DNA of 64,000 bases from the NCBI GenBank assembly GCA_947085205.1, contig CAMTVO010000010.1, positions 40,983-104,982 of the forward strand, given 5' to 3'. The notes under the pieces are model-generated. The model was not told the origin of the DNA, searched no databases, and worked only from the letters and a program-made list of their open reading frames with translations. Source of the DNA: an uncultured Nitrospiraceae bacterium (GTDB lineage: Bacteria; Nitrospirota; Thermodesulfovibrionia; Thermodesulfovibrionales; Dissulfurispiraceae). The translations under genes and the position numbers were made by a program. Shown piece by piece: positions 1-9,201 of this stretch (its first letter is position 1; the number at the start of each line of letters is the position of its first letter).

Positions 1-22
1 AAGAAAAAATAATCGAGCAGAT

Positions 23-59
23 AAAAAAAGGCGCTGAGTTTTTCTCAGCGCCTTTTTTT
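23..59. terminator. Bidirectional intrinsic terminator closing the dsrC-M-K-J'-fdx unit
   Basis: AAAAAAAGGCGCTGAG-loop-CTCAGCGCCTTTTTTT perfect hairpin with A/T tracts on both sides, 10 nt past the ferredoxin stop. Confidence 0.9.
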
Positions 60-68
60 ATGAATCTT

Positions 69-254
69 TTAAATCTCAGTTATCGTAATTGCATTAGGTG
101 CGCAGACCTGCAAACATGTCTCACAAAAAACACATTCAGATGACTGATACGGATCAGACTTTCCGTCAACCATTCTAAATACTTCTTGCGGACATTGATT
201 GACACACTCTTCGCATCCTTCACACTTAGCTGTATCCACTGTCACAATGTACAT
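69..254 (-). CDS. 4Fe-4S dicluster ferredoxin
   Basis: CEGCEECVNQCP and CVFCETCLQVCA motifs in 61 aa; GGAGG RBS upstream. Confidence 0.93.
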   Translation of the reverse strand: MYIVTVDTAKCEGCEECVNQCPQEVFRMVDGKSDPYQSSECVFCETCLQVCAPNAITITEI

Positions 255-301
255 CTTCTAATCACCTCCCTAATAATTTCATCTACTTAAGTCTATAATC
301 A

Positions 302-619
302 TTACTTCTGAGGAACTATCTTTTTAGCCCCTACATAATCATGACACCTGTTACAGAACTTATCAATTTCCATGTGACAGCCGAGACACTCCTCCATTTT
401 CATCTTACCAGCACTCAGTTTGTCCATATGGGTGGCTACCCATTCCCTTGTTGGTTTATGGTAATCAGGAGCAGGTAATCCTTCCATTACCTCAAGTGCA
501 AGTGGCCCTTTCCCTTTTACCGCAGGTTTTTCAATCTTTTGACATGCAACAGAAAACAGGACAACGAGGACTAACAGTGCAACAAAAGCTTTGAACCTTA
601 AACCTTGAACTTTAAACAT
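302..619 (-). CDS. Diheme c-type cytochrome lipoprotein, DsrJ-like (lacks third heme site)
   Basis: Lipobox-like LFSVA-C; HMDKL; CLGCH and FCNRCHDYVG resemble the DsrJ core; directly after dsrK; start placed at ATG 619 after GAGGGG. Confidence 0.7.
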   Translation of the reverse strand: MFKVQGLRFKAFVALLVLVVLFSVACQKIEKPAVKGKGPLALEVMEGLPAPDYHKPTREWVATHMDKLSAGKMKMEECLGCHMEIDKFCNRCHDYVGAKKIVPQK

Positions 620-620
620 A

Positions 621-2174
621 TTATACCCCCTCTTTTGCGCCAAGTACTATTGCCCTGCCTACTAACTGATGTATCCCTCCGACCTCTTCCATCGGATAGC
701 CATAAGTTGGGAACATCTTGCTCATTTGCGCCTTGCAAATTGCACAGATAAGGGCAAGGAAGTTTACATCGTGGCTGTCCTTTACTGCCTTTACTGCCTG
801 CATCCTCGGCATGGCTCCCTTCACCCTTATTGGCAGCATATCATCACCGAGGAGCCCCTGCCCTGCACCACAACAGAATGTCTTTTCTTTGATTGTATTT
901 TCAGGCATGTCAACATACTTATTAACACACGCCTTTATTACTGCCCTCGGTATCTCGTATTGTCCGTGTGCTGAACCTCCCATCTCCATTCCCCTCGCAA
1001 CCTGACAGGAGTCATGGAAGGTTACGGTAAACGCATCATTTGCAGACTTATCAAGCTTCAAAGCGCCTTTATTTATAAGGTCAAGTGTAAATTCGCATAT
1101 ATGTTGAGGTATCGGGTGCTTCGGGTCAAGAAAGTCAAATGGTCCCCATAATGTGTTACTGTATGAGGACAGCACCCTCCACATATGACCACACTCACCA
1201 CCTACAACCCTTTTAACACCTAACTCCCTCGCTGCATCCCATATCCTCTTGTTGATAATTTTTACATGGTTGTAGTTGCTTGAAAATAATCCGAAGTTTC
1301 CACCCTCTGATGCATATGTGCTCATTGTCCAACTGATGCCTGCCTGGTGAAAGACCTTTGCATACCCGTAGAGGGATTCAATATGGGGCGATGCGAAAAA
1401 GTCTGCTGAAGGTGTCACAAAAAGCACTTCTGCACCCTTTACATCCAGCGGGATCTTTATATCCATTCCTGTCTGGTCTTTCAAATCACTCTCTACAAAT
1501 TCAATGGAATTTCTCACAGCATCAGGAATCATACCGAGATTGTTTCCTATATACTGAGCCTTATCAATAATCTCGTGCATATACTTCTGGACCAGTCCAA
1601 CGCTGTTGAGGATCTCCCTTGCAGCCATTGTAATCTCTGCTGTATCTATTCCGTAAGGGCAAAAGACAGAGCAGCGTCTGCATTCAGAACACTGATAGAA
1701 ATAGATATACCATAATGCAAGCAGCTCTTCACTTAACTCTTCAGCAGCGCCGAGAGACTTGCCAAATACTTTGCCCGGGGTTGTGAAGTATCTCCTGTAA
1801 ACCCTCCTCATCAACTCTGCCCTTGCAACAGGCATATTGAGGGCGTCTTTGGTCCCGAGGAAGAAATGGCACTTGTCTGCGCATGCGCCGCATCTCACGC
1901 ATATATCCATGAAGAGCTTCACAGACCTGTATTTCCGTAATATTTCATCGAATTTCTCAAGGAACTTTGTCTTCCAGTCAGGGATGAGTCCTTCTATTGG
2001 ATAGCCAAGCCTCTGCAGGGCATCTTTATTTTTAAAGAGCTGTGATGTGTACTTTCTGGATGCAAACTCTTCTATCTTTGGAGTTTCTACCATTCCTGTA
2101 AGATCAGGCACTTCGTATTTTATCTTTTCCCATTTAATTAACTCTTCCACATTCTTCTCTACTTCTGTCCCCAT
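621..2174 (-). CDS. dsrK: DsrK, Fe-S/CCG-domain subunit of the DsrMK complex
   Basis: CVRCGACADKC, CSECRRCSVFCPYGIDTAEIT, GECGH, FHDSC, FCCG, CAICK motifs; overlaps the dsrM stop. Confidence 0.95.
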   Translation of the reverse strand: MGTEVEKNVEELIKWEKIKYEVPDLTGMVETPKIEEFASRKYTSQLFKNKDALQRLGYPIEGLIPDWKTKFLEKFDEILRKYRSVKLFMDICVRCGACADKCHFFLGTKDALNMPVARAELMRRVYRRYFTTPGKVFGKSLGAAEELSEELLALWYIYFYQCSECRRCSVFCPYGIDTAEITMAAREILNSVGLVQKYMHEIIDKAQYIGNNLGMIPDAVRNSIEFVESDLKDQTGMDIKIPLDVKGAEVLFVTPSADFFASPHIESLYGYAKVFHQAGISWTMSTYASEGGNFGLFSSNYNHVKIINKRIWDAARELGVKRVVGGECGHMWRVLSSYSNTLWGPFDFLDPKHPIPQHICEFTLDLINKGALKLDKSANDAFTVTFHDSCQVARGMEMGGSAHGQYEIPRAVIKACVNKYVDMPENTIKEKTFCCGAGQGLLGDDMLPIRVKGAMPRMQAVKAVKDSHDVNFLALICAICKAQMSKMFPTYGYPMEEVGGIHQLVGRAIVLGAKEGV

Positions 2175-2977
2175 TTTTCCCTCCATTGCTCCATTGACCA
2201 TGGTTTGTAGGCATCAGGTTTTCCTTCAGCCTCTGCCAGTCTTTTACCCCACTCCTCATCTGCCCATGGATTGATATGTCTCTTTGTCCTCGGGTTGTTG
2301 ACCATTGCCCTTGTTGGTGTTATGAAAACACCTCCGGCATGCATCAGCTTACTAAACGGAAAGAGGAAAATCAAAAGCAACACCATTATAAGATGCAGAA
2401 TAAACATGCCGTCCAGAGAGTCAGGCAAGGGTATGGGACTTAATGCCATTAAATGAAGCATAAAGTCCTTTATGTCTACAATAATAGGCCTTGCGACATA
2501 TTTCATTATCAGTCCTGTTGTTCCGATTGCAATTATCAGTGCAGGATAAAGGTAATCCATAAAATTTGAAATATATCTTACTCTGTCAATAGCAAGTCTT
2601 CTTAACAGGAGATAGAGCAGTGAAAGAACCAGCGTGAATCCTGCATAAATTCCGATCTCTGAGAAAAACATAACCCATTCTGGAACAGGATAAAAGAAGT
2701 AGCGGAGATGCCTCAGAATAACAATCAGGAATGAAAGATGAAAAATGTATCCACCAAGCCAGAGGCCTTTGTCCGCAGCAAAGAGACTCCGGAAAAGAAC
2801 AACCTCGCTCAACACCCTCAGCGCTGTCCCCCCCTGTGTTACAGGAGCAGGTCCTGTCGGGATTTTAAGAGGATTTGGAGAGGCAAGCCATCTTGCAAAA
2901 TGGCCAACAAAACCAATTATGAAAATACATGTTACGGCATATACCAAAACTGCAAAAATAATTCTATCTGTTCCCAT
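2159..2977 (-). CDS. dsrM: DsrM, NarI-like membrane cytochrome b
   Basis: Multiple TM helices; FH..LRHLRYF and FPFSKLMHAGGVF motifs. Confidence 0.93.
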   Translation of the reverse strand: MGTDRIIFAVLVYAVTCIFIIGFVGHFARWLASPNPLKIPTGPAPVTQGGTALRVLSEVVLFRSLFAADKGLWLGGYIFHLSFLIVILRHLRYFFYPVPEWVMFFSEIGIYAGFTLVLSLLYLLLRRLAIDRVRYISNFMDYLYPALIIAIGTTGLIMKYVARPIIVDIKDFMLHLMALSPIPLPDSLDGMFILHLIMVLLLIFLFPFSKLMHAGGVFITPTRAMVNNPRTKRHINPWADEEWGKRLAEAEGKPDAYKPWSMEQWREKWGQK

Positions 2978-2991
2978 ATGCTCCCCTCTCT

Positions 2992-3034
2992 AAAACAAAG
3001 GCAATGCCTTTATAAAAGCCATTGCCTTTGTTTT
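2992..3034 (-). terminator. Intrinsic terminator-like hairpin between dsrC and dsrM
   Basis: AAAACAAAGGCAATG...CATTGCCTTTGTTTT inverted repeat. Confidence 0.75.
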
Positions 3035-3059
3035 TAAATTGTTATCGGCTTTTCTGGGT

Positions 3060-3395
3060 TTACACGCAGCCTGTTGGCTTTGGCAGCCCTGCATATCTAC
3101 ATGCCTGTTTTGCAGGTCCATCTGGGAAGAGCTCGTAAAGGTACTTTGTATTGCCCTTCTCAGGTCCCATTATCTTGGCGATCTCCTTCACGAGGATCTT
3201 TATCATTGGGGCAATCTGATATTTCTGATAGTAATCCCTCAGGAAGTTTATAACCTCCCAGTGGCCTTCTGTTAGCGTTAAACCATCCTGTTTTGCCATC
3301 TGCTCACCGAGATCCTTTGTCCAGTCGTCAAGGTTTACAAGATACCCGTCCTCGTCCACCTCGATTTGTTTCTCCTGAAAATCAACTGTTGGCAT
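3060..3395 (-). CDS. dsrC: DsrC sulfur carrier
   Basis: C-terminal C-X10-C (ACRYAGLPKPTGCV), DEDGYL, LYELFP; AGGAGG RBS. Confidence 0.96.
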   Translation of the reverse strand: MPTVDFQEKQIEVDEDGYLVNLDDWTKDLGEQMAKQDGLTLTEGHWEVINFLRDYYQKYQIAPMIKILVKEIAKIMGPEKGNTKYLYELFPDGPAKQACRYAGLPKPTGCV

Positions 3396-3432
3396 TGTGC
3401 TACCTCCTTTCTCTGTTTTAATTTTGTTGAAG

Positions 3433-3462
3433 ATTATACTACTATCGATGGTTTTTATTCAA
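3433..3462 (-). promoter_or_regulatory. Putative sigma70 promoter for dsrC
   Basis: TTGAAT-18-TATAAT on the minus strand upstream of dsrC. Confidence 0.5.
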
Positions 3463-3539
3463 AACAAAAGTGGTAAGAAAATAATATAGACTTATAAGCC
3501 AGGTCAAATAAAATAATATTATATATATATTTGCTATTT

Positions 3540-4634
3540 TTATTTATTCTGTTGAGTAACTATCTTATTTATTGCTTCTTTAACTATTTCGCTAACCGTT
3601 TTCTTTATCAGCTCTCCATCATGATAAAAATTTATTGTGCTGGCATCGTTTACAAGGCTGCTTATATCCTCCGAAAGGATCTTCTCTCCAAGGATTCCGA
3701 CAACCCATGCGGCATGTCCCCTGACAGAAGGATTGCTGTCCTTTATCATTAGCTGCAAATCTTTTAATATAAATTTAACAAGGTCCGGCCTAACAGCAGC
3801 TATCCGCCCCATTGCCCATATTACGCCCGCCCTGAACATCTCTTCATCACGGAAAGACCATACTATGGGAATAATGTCGCTGAATTCATCCGGATCGCTT
3901 CTGATAATCTCCCCAAGCATATCTGCGGCGCTCCATCCGATGCCTCCCGACTCCTCGCGCATAGACCACAAAAGTCTCCTGATTGTGTCCCTTATCACGT
4001 CTCTCCTGTCTCTTGACAACTCTCCTGCTACTATTCCTATTGCCTCTATTGCCCTCCAGCTTATGACATCTTCCTTATCGTATGCCAGAGAAATGAGACG
4101 CCTCATTACGCCTTTATCCATTTTTGCAATCTCTGTGATTGCATTGTATGAGCTGGTTTCCAAAAAATTCCTGATCCTGCCCTTCAAGTCTCGCTTTTCT
4201 GGCATCCACTCTTCCTCTGTATTATTTTGATTCTTATTTTCGTTTTTGTCATTGCGAGCAGAAGGCGAAGCAATCTTGAAATTATTGGATTGCTGCGGCA
4301 TATCATGCTCCTTGAGTTTAACAAAAACAAGCTTTCCCCTTGCTTCACCGCCCATTCCGGTCGAATAAAGCCTCATATGGTTTTTTAAATCATAACCCAT
4401 ATCCTGAGTCTGATAGTCCGCTTCTTCTCCGATGAGGTTTATATCCCAGTCTCCCTTTGCCATTGCAAGGGCTTCCATGTAAGCCTCTCCTGCATTATGC
4501 CCTGTCGGGTCGCAGACATAAACAGCACCGCAGTCGCATTTCCCGCTCAGCACTTCACCAAACTCCGTCCTCGTTTCCTCTGGACGGGCAATATAACGTC
4601 CGCAAAACGGGCATTCAGACGGATATTTATTCAT
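3540..4634 (-). CDS. Cys-rich (Zn-ribbon-like) domain fused to a HEAT/PBS-lyase repeat domain
   Basis: CPFCG...CDCGAVYVCDPTGHN N-terminus; C-terminal helical repeats with RRLLWSMREESGGIGW. Confidence 0.75.
   Translation of the reverse strand: MNKYPSECPFCGRYIARPEETRTEFGEVLSGKCDCGAVYVCDPTGHNAGEAYMEALAMAKGDWDINLIGEEADYQTQDMGYDLKNHMRLYSTGMGGEARGKLVFVKLKEHDMPQQSNNFKIASPSARNDKNENKNQNNTEEEWMPEKRDLKGRIRNFLETSSYNAITEIAKMDKGVMRRLISLAYDKEDVISWRAIEAIGIVAGELSRDRRDVIRDTIRRLLWSMREESGGIGWSAADMLGEIIRSDPDEFSDIIPIVWSFRDEEMFRAGVIWAMGRIAAVRPDLVKFILKDLQLMIKDSNPSVRGHAAWVVGILGEKILSEDISSLVNDASTINFYHDGELIKKTVSEIVKEAINKIVTQQNK
4248..4276. repeat. GTCATTGCGAG...CGAAGCAATCT REP-like half element, in frame in an inter-domain linker
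   Basis: GTCATTGCGAGCAGAAGGCGAAGCAATCT, read as KIASPSARND. Confidence 0.6.
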
Positions 4635-4651
4635 AGCTCATAGTTCATAAT

Positions 4652-6166
4652 TCATGGTTTATAGTCCTTGCTATCAGCTACAAGCCATGAGTTGCGAGCT
4701 AATTTATACTCCTTTGCGTTTCTTATAAGTCCTTCGACCCATTCCCTTGTGCCGAGGGCGTGAATATGCGTGTACGTGGCAAGGACATTTTTATAACATA
4801 TGCCGTCCATTTTATCTTTTATACCATGGCCCCTCTTCATTCTGAATGCTGAGTATACCCCCCCTAATCCCCCCCTTAATAAGGGGGGATTAGGGGGGGT
4901 GAAAGAATTCTCCACAACAGCCGAATAATGGAATTCATGTCCGTGCAGCAAAGTCCCTACAGGATAAAATGGGTTTTCTTTCTCCACCTCAACAATTGTA
5001 TATCCGTGCGCCTGAGGCTTATTTTTCATTTCAAAAGTTATTGGAAAGATGTCCACCATCGGATATTTTTTGCCTTCGACTATAATGGAGTTTCCCAGAA
5101 ACATCAGTCCTCCGCACTCCGCGTAGATCGGAAGGCCGTTTTCTGCCGAGTTTTTCAAAGAACTTCTGAATTCAGCATTCTCTGCAAGCCTTATGGCATT
5201 GGTCTCAGGAAAGCCTCCGCCGATGTAGAGGGCATCAATATCCGGCAGATGTTTATCTTCAAGTGCATTGATTTTGACAATCTCCGCACCGTTTCTCTGG
5301 AGTTCTTCGATGTTTTCAGGATAATAGAATTGAAATGCGGAATCTCTTATAACACCGATTCTAATTTTATCCGAAACGGTGAATGGGTGATACGGTGAAT
5401 CGGTGAATGAATGAACGGACATGTCTTCTCCATTTCTCCATTTCTCCGTTTCTCCGTTTCTCACATAAAGTAGTTCAGCTTCCTTTGCGATATTTATTAT
5501 CCCATCAATATCTATATATTTCTTCGCAATCTCCCCCACAAATGATATCGCATTCTCCATATCGCGGTGCTCTTGATACGGCGTCAGGCCCATGTGGCGT
5601 TCAGGGAACTCTCCTTCCTTCAATCTCGGCATTGCACCGAGAACAGGCATTGAACAATATTTCTCAACAGAGGCACGCACTACTGATTCGTGCCTGCTTC
5701 CTGATACCTGATTCAGAACAACTCCTTTTATTCTGACATCTTTATCGAGATTCATACAGCCCAGAACAACTGCTGCAGCAGTTCTTGTCATCTTTGTGCA
5801 GTCAATTACGAGTATCACAGGCGATTTTAAAAGTTTTGCAAGCTCTGCAGTGCTGTAAGAGCCTTCCGTATCCATGCCATCATAAAGCCCCCTGTTGCCC
5901 TCTATAACCGCAATATCGCCTTTAAAATGCGATATAAAGGAATCCCTTACCTTTTCTTTCGATATGAGAAATGGGTCGAGGTTATAGCATGGATTCGCTG
6001 CTGCAACAGACATCCAGCCTGCGTCTATAAAATCCGGCCCTTTTTTAAAGGGGATAACCTTGAAGCCTTTCTGAGACCTGAATGCGGCAATAATTCCGAG
6101 AGAGAGGGTCGTCTTTCCGCTTCCGCCTCTAATTCCGGCAATAGTCAAACGGGGATAATTATTCAT
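4652..6166 (-). CDS. dsrN: DsrN, siroheme amidase (cobyrinate a,c-diamide synthase family)
   Basis: GGSGKT, KKGPDFID, IEGNRGLYDG, YAECGGLM, HEFHYS; located in the dsr cluster. Confidence 0.9.
   Translation of the reverse strand: MNNYPRLTIAGIRGGSGKTTLSLGIIAAFRSQKGFKVIPFKKGPDFIDAGWMSVAAANPCYNLDPFLISKEKVRDSFISHFKGDIAVIEGNRGLYDGMDTEGSYSTAELAKLLKSPVILVIDCTKMTRTAAAVVLGCMNLDKDVRIKGVVLNQVSGSRHESVVRASVEKYCSMPVLGAMPRLKEGEFPERHMGLTPYQEHRDMENAISFVGEIAKKYIDIDGIINIAKEAELLYVRNGETEKWRNGEDMSVHSFTDSPYHPFTVSDKIRIGVIRDSAFQFYYPENIEELQRNGAEIVKINALEDKHLPDIDALYIGGGFPETNAIRLAENAEFRSSLKNSAENGLPIYAECGGLMFLGNSIIVEGKKYPMVDIFPITFEMKNKPQAHGYTIVEVEKENPFYPVGTLLHGHEFHYSAVVENSFTPPNPPLLRGGLGGVYSAFRMKRGHGIKDKMDGICYKNVLATYTHIHALGTREWVEGLIRNAKEYKLARNSWLVADSKDYKP
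4857..4900. repeat. 44-bp palindromic REP-like insertion, in frame in dsrN
   Basis: ACCCCCCCTAATCCCCCCCTT-AAT-AAGGGGGGATTAGGGGGGGT encoding TPPNPPLLRGGLGG. Confidence 0.85.
5377..5462. repeat. Paired octamer tandem arrays, in frame in dsrN
   Basis: (CGGTGAAT)-like x5 followed by (TTCTCCRT)x4. Confidence 0.8.
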
Positions 6167-6174
6167 GGACATTT

Positions 6175-6203
6175 ATTATACCTTCCGCCCAAACTTTTGT
6201 CAT
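6175..6203 (-). promoter_or_regulatory. Putative sigma70 promoter for dsrN (near-leaderless)
   Basis: ATGACA-17-TATAAT ending 8 nt before ATG 6166. Confidence 0.55.
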
Positions 6204-6364
6204 TCCATTGTAAACGAGAAAAATTGCATAAAACTGGCTCTTTCTCATTTCAAGTGAATAAATATCCCCTCCCCCGGTTTTATCTGTTCTTTTTCGGAAT
6301 CATCCTTTATTGCACATAATTACAACAAATACTGTACCCACAGAAATGCCGGAAGAACCAAACA

Positions 6365-6402
6365 AAAAGGCAGTCCGCCACCCTCTAAGTGGACTGCCTT
6401 TT
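6365..6402 (-). terminator. Intrinsic terminator after dsrABD
   Basis: AAAAGGCAGTCC...GGACTGCCTTTT hairpin with T tract on the minus strand. Confidence 0.8.
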
Positions 6403-6426
6403 GAAAACTAAGAATACTAAAATTTA

Positions 6427-6642
6427 TTACTTTGGTGGAATCTCTACGAAACTGCCGCCAAAATATGTATATATAAGCTTGCCTTCGTCGACTAAATCCT
6501 TTAATGCATCTTTTACCTCATCCCTTGAAATACCGGCCTCTGCTGAGACTGTCTTCTGGATGTCGCTTGATTTCAGCTTTTTCTTGCCCGTAGACTTCTC
6601 TACCAACTCGTAAATCTTCCTCTTTACTTCTTCCTTTTCCAT
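6427..6642 (-). CDS. dsrD: DsrD
   Basis: 71-aa basic winged-helix protein with LVDEGKLIYTYFGGSF, directly after dsrB. Confidence 0.9.
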   Translation of the reverse strand: MEKEEVKRKIYELVEKSTGKKKLKSSDIQKTVSAEAGISRDEVKDALKDLVDEGKLIYTYFGGSFVEIPPK

Positions 6643-6681
6643 CTCGTACCCCTTTTTAGCAGTTTAGCGGTTAATATTTTT

Positions 6682-6718
6682 CTGCCGGGGGATATGCAAT
6701 CCGCACATCCCCCGGCAG
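6682..6718. other. GC-rich hairpin between dsrB and dsrD (mRNA stability/processing element?)
   Basis: CTGCCGGGGGATATGC...GCACATCCCCCGGCAG; no U tract in the sense direction. Confidence 0.55.
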
Positions 6719-6733
6719 CTTCTAACATATATT

Positions 6734-7804
6734 TTACCACTTGAATGTTGCTGCTGTTCTGAAGGTCTCCCTTGCAATGACAAAGTCATCAATATGCTGG
6801 AATGTAAACGGTAACCCTGTAACCTTGAAGAACTTCTCCCAGCCTATCCTCTCAATCCACTCGCCGACCCTCTCATGCTTCTTTGCATCTGCAACATAGG
6901 CATCGAGGATATTCTTCACTGCTGCGGTGACTTCAGGCCACCTCGGAGGATTGTTCTTGATGAACGGCACCGCGAGCTTGGAGAATTTCGGGTTGCTCCT
7001 GAGGTTTCCAACCTTACCGCCTACCACGATTGCAACACCGTCATACTCGGGGTCGTGTATCTCTATAGGAGGGCAGACAGTAAAACAGTTGCCGCAATAC
7101 ATGCACTTCTCTGCATTGATCTTCACGCTCTTCTTTGAAGGCTCAGGGCTGATTGCTCCTGTAGGGCATGATCCAATTGTAGATGGAACCTCACACATGT
7201 TCTTAACCTTGTCATGGTCAATTGTCGGAACCTTCCTGTGGACGGCAACAACGGCAATATCGGAGCAATGAACAGCACCGCACATATTAACGCAGCATGC
7301 AACAGCCATCCTGACCTTGTTAGGCAAAGTCTTTGTAGTAAAATAATCTGCAAAGTCATCCATCAATGCCTTTACAATGCCTGAAGCATCTGTACATGCA
7401 GAATGGCAGTGAACCCATCCCTGCGTATGGACGATATTGCTTATCATGTTGCCGATACCGCCAACCATGTATTTCTTGTCTTGCAGTTCTTTCTGCAGCG
7501 GCTCAAGGTTCTTCTCATCAGAGACGAGAAACTCGACATTGTTCCTTGTTGTAAACCTGATATAGCCGCCGCAATATTTCTCGGCAATGGCAGCCATATC
7601 CCTGATTGTATCTGTGCTGAGAAGCCTTGGAGATGCTACCCTTACAGACCAAATTTTATCGCCGCTATTTGCCACATGCACCATAACACCAGGATTAATA
7701 ATCTCATGATGTTTCCAATCTCCATAGTTTTTCTGGATAACCGGCGGCAAAAAGTCCTTATAATGAGGCGGACCTATATCTGTTCTTCTTTGTGGTAATG
7801 TCAT
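6734..7804 (-). CDS. dsrB: Dissimilatory sulfite reductase beta subunit
   Basis: [47 protein letters not shown]. Confidence 0.98.
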   Translation of the reverse strand: MTLPQRRTDIGPPHYKDFLPPVIQKNYGDWKHHEIINPGVMVHVANSGDKIWSVRVASPRLLSTDTIRDMAAIAEKYCGGYIRFTTRNNVEFLVSDEKNLEPLQKELQDKKYMVGGIGNMISNIVHTQGWVHCHSACTDASGIVKALMDDFADYFTTKTLPNKVRMAVACCVNMCGAVHCSDIAVVAVHRKVPTIDHDKVKNMCEVPSTIGSCPTGAISPEPSKKSVKINAEKCMYCGNCFTVCPPIEIHDPEYDGVAIVVGGKVGNLRSNPKFSKLAVPFIKNNPPRWPEVTAAVKNILDAYVADAKKHERVGEWIERIGWEKFFKVTGLPFTFQHIDDFVIARETFRTAATFKW

Positions 7805-7835
7805 ATATTCCTCCTTATATTTATAATTTCTCTAT

Positions 7836-9020
7836 TTATTTCTGCAAGTCTGCTTCTGTCCAGAAGAAGAATGGGTCTCTTCTCGGCTCTTTAACCTGCT
7901 GAGGAACAGGCTCAACACCAATGAACTCAAGGAACTCTCTCATTCCTTTTCTGATGATAAGCTCGCCAATTCTCTCCCTGTTCTTTCCATACTCATCCCA
8001 GAACTCCCACATCTTCCTGATAAGATCTTTGAACTCATCATAGGGCGGCTCCATCTTTATAAATGGAACAATTACCCATGAAAGTGTTGCGCCGATAACA
8101 AATGGAGCCTTGCTGCCGATGAGAATTGTTGCGCCCTTTTCACCTGTAGGCTTAAGCGCCTTTGTCATTTTTGCAATACAGTGCATACACCTTATACAGT
8201 CTGCGTCAGTTATCTTTAATTCCTTTCCATCATAGCTCATGCACTTGCTTGGGCACATATTTACGATTTCTTCCTGAATATTCATGCCGCCCTTTGCATA
8301 GTTGGCAACCTCAGACTGATCAACTGCTATACTGCCTTTCCATGTGCCTATGATTGAGCAGTCTGCACGGGCAATAGATGCGATACAGTCAACTGCGCAT
8401 CCTGCTGTCTTAAATTTAAACTTGTAAGGGAATGCAGGCCTGTGCATTTCGTCCTGCCACTCCTGTGTTATGCTGTAATTAATATCGAGAGTGTCGATAT
8501 TTGACCACTCACACCTTGCCGGGCCAACGCAGCAGCTTGGTGTTCTCATTGCTGAACCTGAACCACCGAGGTCCCATCCGCGGGATGTAAACTCTGCAAA
8601 AATAGGCTCAAGGTTTTCGCTGTTTGTTCCAAGAAGAATAAGGTCACCTGTAGAGCCATGAAGATTTGTGAGACCGCTTCCATACTTATCCCAAATATCG
8701 CACATCTCATTTAAAAACTTTGATGTGTAGAAAAACCCTGAGGTGGAATTAATTCTTACAGTATGAAAGTTTGCAACATTAGGGAATTCTTCAGGAAGGG
8801 ACGAGTATCTTCCTATAACACCTGCACCATAACCGCGGACACCGACTATACCGCCGTGTTTCCAGTAACCGCGTTTGTCCCTGTATGACTTTTCAAGCTG
8901 GCCAAGCTCGTCGGCAGCCATATCGCTCTTTGCCGCCGCTTTCTTAATCTCTGTCACGAAGCTTGGAAACGGGCCTTTTTCCAGTTCGTCCAACAGCGGA
9001 GTCTCATACTTCTTTGGCAT
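7836..9020 (-). CDS. dsrA: Dissimilatory sulfite reductase alpha subunit
   Basis: [27 protein letters not shown]5C and CX3C siroheme motifs, FPYKFKFK. Confidence 0.98.
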   Translation of the reverse strand: MPKKYETPLLDELEKGPFPSFVTEIKKAAAKSDMAADELGQLEKSYRDKRGYWKHGGIVGVRGYGAGVIGRYSSLPEEFPNVANFHTVRINSTSGFFYTSKFLNEMCDIWDKYGSGLTNLHGSTGDLILLGTNSENLEPIFAEFTSRGWDLGGSGSAMRTPSCCVGPARCEWSNIDTLDINYSITQEWQDEMHRPAFPYKFKFKTAGCAVDCIASIARADCSIIGTWKGSIAVDQSEVANYAKGGMNIQEEIVNMCPSKCMSYDGKELKITDADCIRCMHCIAKMTKALKPTGEKGATILIGSKAPFVIGATLSWVIVPFIKMEPPYDEFKDLIRKMWEFWDEYGKNRERIGELIIRKGMREFLEFIGVEPVPQQVKEPRRDPFFFWTEADLQK

Positions 9021-9087
9021 AAAATCCTCCTCTTTATTTAATTTTAAGGCTTTTAAACATATTAAACATATTAAACATAGAAGGTAA

Positions 9088-9192
9088 AGACTAATACAGA
9101 AGCCGATGGCTCGTCAAATAAAAAAAATTTATCGCTATATTAGCTTTATTTTAAAGTTTAACTTGACCGTTTTGATGCCTCATGCGTAAAAT
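9088..9192. promoter_or_regulatory. Divergent putative sigma70 promoters for dsrA (-) and smc (+)
   Basis: Minus strand TTGACG-18-TAGTCT (9117-9088); plus strand TTGACC-18-TAAAAT (9163-9192). Confidence 0.45.
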
Positions 9193-9201
9193 TAAAGGCG
9201 T

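Noticed and set aside
6204..6360. Possible sRNA or small ORF between dsrD and dsrN
   Set aside because: No convincing structure, ORF or motif beyond the terminator and promoter.
69..9020. Oxidative (reverse) Dsr pathway
   Set aside because: dsrD is present and no dsrEFH or dsrL is in the window, favouring the reductive type; disproportionation cannot be excluded.
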